From: a virus
Reading direction: 5' to 3' (one strand)
Virus record (IMG/VR): IMGVR_UViG_3300029825_000002
Location: 23,129-87,128 of that record
DNA: 64,000 bases
Numbering within the stretch: the stretch's first letter is position 1; each line of letters opens with the position of its first letter. The position numbers and the translations under genes were made by a program. The notes below the pieces were generated by a model, which saw only the letters and a program-made list of their open reading frames with translations, did no database searches and had not been told where the DNA came from. Below, in pieces: positions 58,107 through 64,000 of this stretch.

Positions 58107-58670
58107 ATGAAATTTGATTTTAAAGTGGAATTTGACCCAGTATTAGATAAAAACGGAGAGAAGAAAGTTAAAGTAATGTTTGATGATACAAGTAATGCCT
58201 TTAATGGTTTACCTGATAATTATCATAATAATTCTGTTTATGCTACTATTGATTTAGATGTATGTCATAGAGTTTTAACTGTAAATGATGGAGAACATGA
58301 GATTATGGAACTTATGAATAATCAAGTAATAACTATAGAAGAATATAAGGAGTATAAACCAATATTAGATAAAAGTTTTGAAGTATTACAAAAATTCTTA
58401 TTACGAGCAGATGAATTAATAGAAAAGAATAAAAGTTGGCTGACACATGAATCTGCTTATTCTGGATTTAAGTATGAAACACCTAAAGAAGAAAATAAAG
58501 AAAAGTATACACAAAGATTGCAAGGATGTTTAAATTGTTGTTTCTTTAAAGATGATTATGAAAATGCTAAAGTAATTGATATTAATACTAAAACTAATAA
58601 AGTAACTTTAGAGGTGAAATGTCATATGATGTATAACTGTCCTAAAGTAACACATGAATTTCCTAGATAG
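58107..58670 (+). CDS. Hypothetical protein with C-terminal Cys cluster
   Basis: AAGGAGG SD; CLNCC..C..CP. Confidence 0.6.
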   Translation: MKFDFKVEFDPVLDKNGEKKVKVMFDDTSNAFNGLPDNYHNNSVYATIDLDVCHRVLTVNDGEHEIMELMNNQVITIEEYKEYKPILDKSFEVLQKFLLRADELIEKNKSWLTHESAYSGFKYETPKEENKEKYTQRLQGCLNCCFFKDDYENAKVIDINTKTNKVTLEVKCHMMYNCPKVTHEFPR

Positions 58671-58717
58671 AAGGTGACATTATTAATACTGATTTAGTAA
58701 CTGGACTTAAAAACATA

Positions 58718-59050
58718 TTGAAATTAATAGGTATTCCTACAGATTTTATTTTAGATATACGAAAGCAAAGTAAATCATATTGGGGAAGATATGACCCTAA
58801 TAAGAAAGAAGTTATTGTTTATTCCCCACATGATACTGATTCTACAGTGGAATGGTGGGAAGAAGCAGTAATACATGAAAGTATTCATCACTATCAATAT
58901 TATCATACTAAATATACAAGAAAGAGAGGTGTAATGCATGACCCAAAGTTTAAAGCATTATTCCAAACATTTAAAAGTAAGTTTGAAAGGATGCTCACTA
59001 ATACCAAGTTTAAAGAAACTGTGGAATATATTGAACGAAACCTTATTTAG
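58718..59050 (+). CDS. SprT-like HExxH metallopeptidase
   Basis: WGRY; VIHESIHH; H.PKF. Confidence 0.7.
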   Translation: MKLIGIPTDFILDIRKQSKSYWGRYDPNKKEVIVYSPHDTDSTVEWWEEAVIHESIHHYQYYHTKYTRKRGVMHDPKFKALFQTFKSKFERMLTNTKFKETVEYIERNLI

Positions 59051-59197
59051 ATTAATACTTCTATTAACCTTTTTGGGGTTTGTACCATTAATAATATATA
59101 TCTATTATCATGTTGTTTATTTTAGTCCATTTCATGTTATTATTGGTATAATTGTATTGTTAACAATGATGAAATTAAATAAAGGGGTGCAAAAATA

Positions 59198-59506
59198 ATG
59201 GAACAAGCAAAAAGTACTAGTTTTATTGGAAGTATAGTTGATATGCCATTGGATAAATTTAAAGATAGTTACAATACTTCTAATAGAACTCAAAATGATT
59301 TAAAGATATTACATGATATATTAGTTAAAGCATATCAAGCAACTACTTTTCAAAAAGATAAAGTTTTTAAGCTAAAAATAACTAAAGAAGCAAAAGGAGA
59401 TAAGAAAGATTTAGATAGAATAAAAAGATGTCTAAGTAATCTATATTCCTATCTTCAAGTAATAGAGAATAAGGTTGTTTTCCTTGATTCTCTAATCAAA
59501 AAGTAA
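59198..59506 (+). CDS. Hypothetical protein
   Basis: AAGGGG SD. Confidence 0.55.
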   Translation: MEQAKSTSFIGSIVDMPLDKFKDSYNTSNRTQNDLKILHDILVKAYQATTFQKDKVFKLKITKEAKGDKKDLDRIKRCLSNLYSYLQVIENKVVFLDSLIKK

Positions 59507-59510
59507 CTGT

Positions 59511-59539
59511 TTGACATTAGATTTGATACTTGTTATAGT
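59511..59539 (+). promoter_or_regulatory. SigA-type promoter
   Basis: TTGACA-17-TATAGT with TG extension. Confidence 0.75.
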
Positions 59540-59598
59540 ATTAAGTGTTCAAGAGATAACAAACAAAAATTAATATAAAAATTAAAGGAGAGATTAAT

Positions 59599-60696
59599 AT
59601 GAAAAAAACAGTAGTAAACTTTACAAAAGAACAACAAGAGGTAATTGATGAAGCAGTTAAACAGATGGTGGATGTAATAGCTGAAGCAGTAGCAGGTGGA
59701 ATTGAAGAAAAAATTTCAACTAAGAAACCTAGTAAGAAATTAGATAAGAAAGCAGTTAAAGATGGAGAACCAGACGAAGAAGAATCAGAAGATGCAGAAG
59801 AAGAAACAACTTATACTAAGAAAGATTTAGAAGCAATGCAGTATTCTGACCTTAAAGCTTTAGCGAAAGAATCTGGTGTAAGTGCAAAGGGAACAAAGAA
59901 AGATTTAGTTGATAGAATTTTAGAAGCAGTTTCAGATGAAGAAGAAATAGAAGATGAAGACGAGGAAGAATCAGAAGAAGTTGAAGATAAAAAAGGTAAG
60001 AATAAGAAAGTAGTAGATATTAAAAAAGGTGCTAAGAAATTAGGCAAAAAAGCTGAAGATGAAGAAAAAGACGAAGAGGAAGAATCAGAGGAAACAGAAG
60101 AAGCTGAAGAAGAGGAAACAGATGATGGACTTTATGAACAAGTTGAAGCAGCTGTAGAAGATATGGACATTAAAGAACTCAAAGCTTATTGTAAGGAGAA
60201 TGAGATTTCAGATAAAGGAAAAAGAACAGCTTTAATTGCTAAGTTAGTAGAAGCAGTAAAAGCAGGTAAGATTGACCTTGAAGATGACAGTGAGGAAGAA
60301 TCAGAGGATGAAAGTGAGGAAGATGAATCTTTTGAAGATTGGTTGGCTACATTCTTAGATGAAATGGAAGGTAGCAAAAAGAGAAAGAGTGTTGCTAAGA
60401 AGTTATCAAGCAAGATAGCTAAACAGTATGATGATGAAAAGCTTACAGATAAAACAATAGTTAAATTCCTTAAAGGTTATGATGAAGAAACAGCATGGGA
60501 TAAAGAAGATGCAGAAGACAATTTAGAAGAGTATATTGCAGTTAAATGTAACTTGATAGATGATGACGGAAAAGAACATGAGTTATCAGATGCATACCAG
60601 GTTGGTGAAGATTATTATTGCTGTGGTGAACCTCTTAAAGAAGTAGATGACCAATTAGTTTGTGAGAAGTGCGGAGAAAGTTACGAAATGGAGTAA
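59599..60696 (+). CDS. Very acidic protein with two SAP/Rho-N-like helical motifs and a C-terminal zinc ribbon
   Basis: DLEAMQYSDLKALAKESGVSAKGTKKDLVDRIL and DMDIKELKAYCKENEISDKGKRTALIAKL; CCG..CEKCG. Confidence 0.65.
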   Translation: MKKTVVNFTKEQQEVIDEAVKQMVDVIAEAVAGGIEEKISTKKPSKKLDKKAVKDGEPDEEESEDAEEETTYTKKDLEAMQYSDLKALAKESGVSAKGTKKDLVDRILEAVSDEEEIEDEDEEESEEVEDKKGKNKKVVDIKKGAKKLGKKAEDEEKDEEEESEETEEAEEEETDDGLYEQVEAAVEDMDIKELKAYCKENEISDKGKRTALIAKLVEAVKAGKIDLEDDSEEESEDESEEDESFEDWLATFLDEMEGSKKRKSVAKKLSSKIAKQYDDEKLTDKTIVKFLKGYDEETAWDKEDAEDNLEEYIAVKCNLIDDDGKEHELSDAYQVGEDYYCCGEPLKEVDDQLVCEKCGESYEME

Positions 60697-60703
60697 AAAT
60701 ATT

Positions 60704-60726
60704 AGCAGGGGTTAATCCCTGCTTTT
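60704..60726 (+). terminator. Intrinsic terminator
   Basis: AGCAGGG/CCCTGCT stem plus T run. Confidence 0.75.
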
Positions 60727-60750
60727 ATTATATAGATAATTATAAGGAGG

Positions 60751-61311
60751 ATGTTAAAAGTGGATATAGAAGTAAAAAGACAAAGAGGTTTTGAATTTGT
60801 TTCACCAAAAGAACTAGAAAGAAGTTATGATTGGGAAGAAGAATATACAAAGAAAACAGGAATAGAAGTGTATAATTTAGCAGATAATCATGTTGGAAAC
60901 TTTAATACTAATGGTGAAAAGTTACCTTTCCGAAAAACAAAAGGTAGTAGTGGGTATGATTTTTATTTACCTACTCATTTTATGTTTGTGCATCCTAAAG
61001 AAACAGTAATGCTTGTTACTGGTATTAGAGCTTATATGCAGGAAGATGAAGAACTTAAATTGTATATAAGAAGTAGTGTCGGTTTACAAGGACTAATGAT
61101 TGCAGATATAGTTCCTAAAATTGATTCAGATTATTATTACAGTGAAAATGAAGGTAATATAATGATACCTTTTTATAATTATAGTAATGAAATGCTAAAA
61201 TTTAATAGAGGTGATAGACTAGTGCAAGGTAGTTTTTATAATTATCTTGTAAGTGATAATGGAAACGGTAATCAAGAAAGAAAAGGTGGATTTGGTTCTA
61301 CAGGGAGGTAA
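60751..61311 (+). CDS. dut: Trimeric dUTPase
   Basis: SSGYDF; RSS; IDSDYY..NEGNI; RLVQG; RKGGFGSTG. Confidence 0.93.
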   Translation: MLKVDIEVKRQRGFEFVSPKELERSYDWEEEYTKKTGIEVYNLADNHVGNFNTNGEKLPFRKTKGSSGYDFYLPTHFMFVHPKETVMLVTGIRAYMQEDEELKLYIRSSVGLQGLMIADIVPKIDSDYYYSENEGNIMIPFYNYSNEMLKFNRGDRLVQGSFYNYLVSDNGNGNQERKGGFGSTGR

Positions 61312-61316
61312 ATATA

Positions 61317-61607
61317 ATGAGTTGTATTTATTATGAAAGTTCTATCTGTAAAGATTATGATGGTTATTGTGATAATTGTCCTGTATATAAAAAGACATTA
61401 AAAGAACAACCAGAAATGACATTAGACATAGCTATAAATAGTGGAAAAGAGTTTACTAATGATTTAATAGCTTATACAGTAGAAGGTCAAAAGTGGTTTA
61501 AGAATTCACATGAACTACTAAAGTATATGTTTAGTAAATATGATGATGCTAAACAGATAGATAGTATTTTGGGGAGTAATAAGTGGAAAATAAGGGAGGA
61601 TAAATAA
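61317..61607 (+). CDS. Hypothetical protein
   Basis: GGAGG SD; N-terminal Cys cluster. Confidence 0.5.
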   Translation: MSCIYYESSICKDYDGYCDNCPVYKKTLKEQPEMTLDIAINSGKEFTNDLIAYTVEGQKWFKNSHELLKYMFSKYDDAKQIDSILGSNKWKIREDK

Positions 61608-61772
61608 AATGAAATGTAGAGAATTAATTGAAAAGGCACGGATGGAGACATAAAAAAGATAATTATGGTGTTAAATTATTAACTGGAACATTAAAAGATT
61701 TAGGAGAAGAATTAAGGAATTTTAAAAATACTGAAGTAAAAATGCTGAAATAGATATTTTAGTTTTAGAAAG

Positions 61773-62261
61773 TTGGTGATTAAACTGCAAAAGGGAAAGT
61801 TACTTAGCATATCTTTATTGACAGGACTTTTTCTTTCCCTGTCTACAGTAAGTGTTGTTACAGATTTAAAAGCAGTACCTAAACATAAACATATTGTTAC
61901 TAAAAAAATACTTACTAAAAAGATTAATAAACCTCCAATACAGAAGATAAAACCTCAAAAAGAATGGGTTACTGTTAGATTATCCTATTATACTAACAGT
62001 ATATCTGATTGTGGTAAAACAGATGGAATAACAGCTAGTGGAGTATCCATTAAATCTGGAATGTGTGCAGCCCCTAAAGAATATTCTTTTGGTACACAAT
62101 TTCATTTAGAGAATGGAAAAGTATTAGAGGTTCAAGATACAGGTGGAGCAATAAAAATAAGAAATGGGGTAGTGTGGTTAGATGTATTTGTACCTAATGC
62201 TAGTGAAGAATATATAAAGTCATTAGGAGTACAAATAATGAAAGCATATATCGAGAGGTGA
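61773..62261 (+). CDS. Membrane-anchored 3D-domain (MltA-like) cell-wall protein
   Basis: N-terminal hydrophobic helix; SYY..GITASG..CAAP..FGT..QDTGGAIK..LDVF. Confidence 0.85.
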   Translation: MVIKLQKGKLLSISLLTGLFLSLSTVSVVTDLKAVPKHKHIVTKKILTKKINKPPIQKIKPQKEWVTVRLSYYTNSISDCGKTDGITASGVSIKSGMCAAPKEYSFGTQFHLENGKVLEVQDTGGAIKIRNGVVWLDVFVPNASEEYIKSLGVQIMKAYIER

Positions 62262-62506
62262 TTAAATTGGATAAAATAATACCTAAAGACTTTGTAACTA
62301 AATTGCATGATGAAACAGAATTAAACTTTAATCGGGCAGAAGGATTAGTAACTTTTATACTTAATTATAATGGTGATTTAGATTTAGCTTATACTATTTT
62401 AAAAGAACAAGGTTTATATGCTTTTAATTTTTATGTATCAGGTTTAAGAATAGCATACTATGATTCAATAACTAAAATGGAGAAATTGGAGGATGTATCA
62501 AAATGA
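62258..62506 (+). CDS. Hypothetical protein
   Basis: GAGG SD, GTG start. Confidence 0.5.
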   Translation: MIKLDKIIPKDFVTKLHDETELNFNRAEGLVTFILNYNGDLDLAYTILKEQGLYAFNFYVSGLRIAYYDSITKMEKLEDVSK

Positions 62507-62976
62507 GTAGATTAAGAATAATGATTGGATTACCTAGAAGTGGAAAGACAACATGGGTAAATAGTAATAAGGAAGAAAATGAAGTAGTTGTTTCAGCAGA
62601 TACTTTGAGAGAATTAATCTATGGACAAAGATGGTTTAAAGAAGGTGAACCATATGTTTGGTCAGTAAGAGGAACAATACTTCATATGTTAATGTTACAG
62701 GGTGTGAATATCATAATAGATGAAACTAACATATTAATTAGAAATAGAAGTGTATTAAGAAAATTTGCAAAGAAATATGGTTATGTTGTGGAGTATATTT
62801 ATGTTGCTACTTCCAAAGAAAAATGTATAGAAAGAGCTAAAGAAACAGAAAGGGAAGATTTAATACCTATAATAGAAAGAATGGAACATCAATGGAATAC
62901 AGCAGAATACATTTCTATAAAAGAGAGTAATGAAATAAATAAATGCATAGAAATAATAAATGAGGTATCCAAATGA
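62503..62976 (+). CDS. Polynucleotide-kinase-like P-loop kinase (AAA_33)
   Basis: MIGLPRSGKTTW; VVSADTLR; IIDETN. Confidence 0.85.
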   Translation: MSRLRIMIGLPRSGKTTWVNSNKEENEVVVSADTLRELIYGQRWFKEGEPYVWSVRGTILHMLMLQGVNIIIDETNILIRNRSVLRKFAKKYGYVVEYIYVATSKEKCIERAKETEREDLIPIIERMEHQWNTAEYISIKESNEINKCIEIINEVSK

Positions 62977-64000
62977 ATATTAAAGTTAGAAATAAAAAGG
63001 TAAATAAAAAAGGGGAAATAATTTCTTGTGACTTCATTGATTTAGACACTGGAGAATTAATTTCTCCTTTATTCTCTAAATATAAATCTATTGAAGATTA
63101 TAAAAGAGCTAATGTAAGATTTATAACTCCTATGTGTGCAAAAGAATATCAGGATGAAGATATGTTAAATGAAATGCTAGATAGTGAGGATTATATGCAA
63201 GAGGAAAAGTTGGATGGAACAAGAGCAACTATGCATATAGGAAGTCAATATTCAAGAATATTTAGTAGAAGAATATCTAAAAAGACAGGATGGTTCGTTG
63301 AAAATAGTGATTCTTTACCTCAATTAAGAGAAGTAGCATTACCAGAATTTAATGATACTATTATTGATGGAGAAATGAGAATTGACGGAAAAGATTTTAA
63401 AGAAGTAGAAAGTACATTAAATTGTTTATGGAATACTGCAATATTAAGACAACTTGATTGGGGTTTTATAACTCTGCATACTTTTGATGTTATTTATTAT
63501 AAAGGTGTTTTTGTTGGTCATATGCCTTTATATAAAAGAAAAGAATTACTTAAAAAAGTAGTAACTGCTATAGATAGTAAATATGTTAAAGAAGTTCCTT
63601 ATACCAAAAATATTGTAAAGAAACTTTCAATTAATTTTTTGAAAACTTTAGAGCCTTTATACACTAGAGATAAAATGGGTTTTAAAATAAAATACCCTAA
63701 TTTATATAAACTTCTAAATACTATGTTGAGTTATGAAGTTTTAGCTGAATATACTACTTTAGATAAAAGAGCTTACCATGAATATATAATAGCTTGTGGG
63801 GGAGAAGGAACAATGTTAAAAAGTATTTATGGTAAGTATCATTTTAAAAGAGGTAGAGAATATACAAAGTGGAAGAAACATATAACTAGAGAATGTATTA
63901 TTATTGGCTTTGCATCCCCTACCCATTTTTATAAAATAACTGGTAAGAGTAAAACATGGGATTACTGGGAAAATGAAAAATATAATAATATTATGACAGA
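62973..64000 (+). CDS. ATP-dependent DNA ligase (3' end beyond window)
   Basis: EEKLDGTR adenylation motif; FSRR; IIDGEM; FDVI; EGTMLK; missing from the ORF track because it has no stop in the window. Confidence 0.9.
   Translation, partial: MNIKVRNKKVNKKGEIISCDFIDLDTGELISPLFSKYKSIEDYKRANVRFITPMCAKEYQDEDMLNEMLDSEDYMQEEKLDGTRATMHIGSQYSRIFSRRISKKTGWFVENSDSLPQLREVALPEFNDTIIDGEMRIDGKDFKEVESTLNCLWNTAILRQLDWGFITLHTFDVIYYKGVFVGHMPLYKRKELLKKVVTAIDSKYVKEVPYTKNIVKKLSINFLKTLEPLYTRDKMGFKIKYPNLYKLLNTMLSYEVLAEYTTLDKRAYHEYIIACGGEGTMLKSIYGKYHFKRGREYTKWKKHITRECIIIGFASPTHFYKITGKSKTWDYWENEKYNNIMT

Noticed and set aside
1-64000. Minus-strand ORFs of the track and short overlapping plus-strand ORFs (e.g. 23593, 25864, 50288, 58938)
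   Set aside because: Shadows of real genes or low-complexity sequence; no motifs or convincing SD, so treated as non-genes although 58938 cannot be fully excluded
1-64000. tRNA, tmRNA, integrase, reverse transcriptase or DGR
   Set aside because: No T-loop/acceptor pattern, recombinase motif, YxDD motif or TR/VR pair seen by eye; tRNAscan-SE would confirm

Overview
Very AT-rich segment of a large tailed phage, probably infecting a Clostridium-like spore-former. Essentially all real genes are on the + strand. Order: end of tail module and lysis cassette (1-7.7 kb); replication/recombination block (SF2 helicase with intein, frameshifted C5 methyltransferase, DnaC-like loader, DnaB, primase, SSB, HU, PolA, ThyX-like, RecA, Cas4-like and two resolvase-like nucleases; 7.9-37.6 kb); host-like genes (abrB, spoVS, S26 peptidase, mazF); a 7-deazaguanine DNA-modification cluster (queD/E/C, folE, DpdA-like; 39.6-46.1 kb); a repeat-rich, largely non-coding block (49-57.2 kb) containing a short-gene operon; then a SAP-motif acidic protein, dUTPase, 3D protein, kinase and a partial DNA ligase. 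Six homing-endonuclease-associated elements are visible: three group I introns (dnaB, recA and spoVS), one intein, one free HNH, and one HNH fused to queD with an orphaned duplicate queD 5' end. The least explained structure is the unit at 51.5-55.7 kb: strong promoter, boxA-like site, a ~300-nt leader with predicted crossing long-range helices, and five covarying hairpin repeats separating short genes. No tRNA, CRISPR array, integrase or reverse transcriptase was seen. All family assignments are by eye from motifs; no database search was run.
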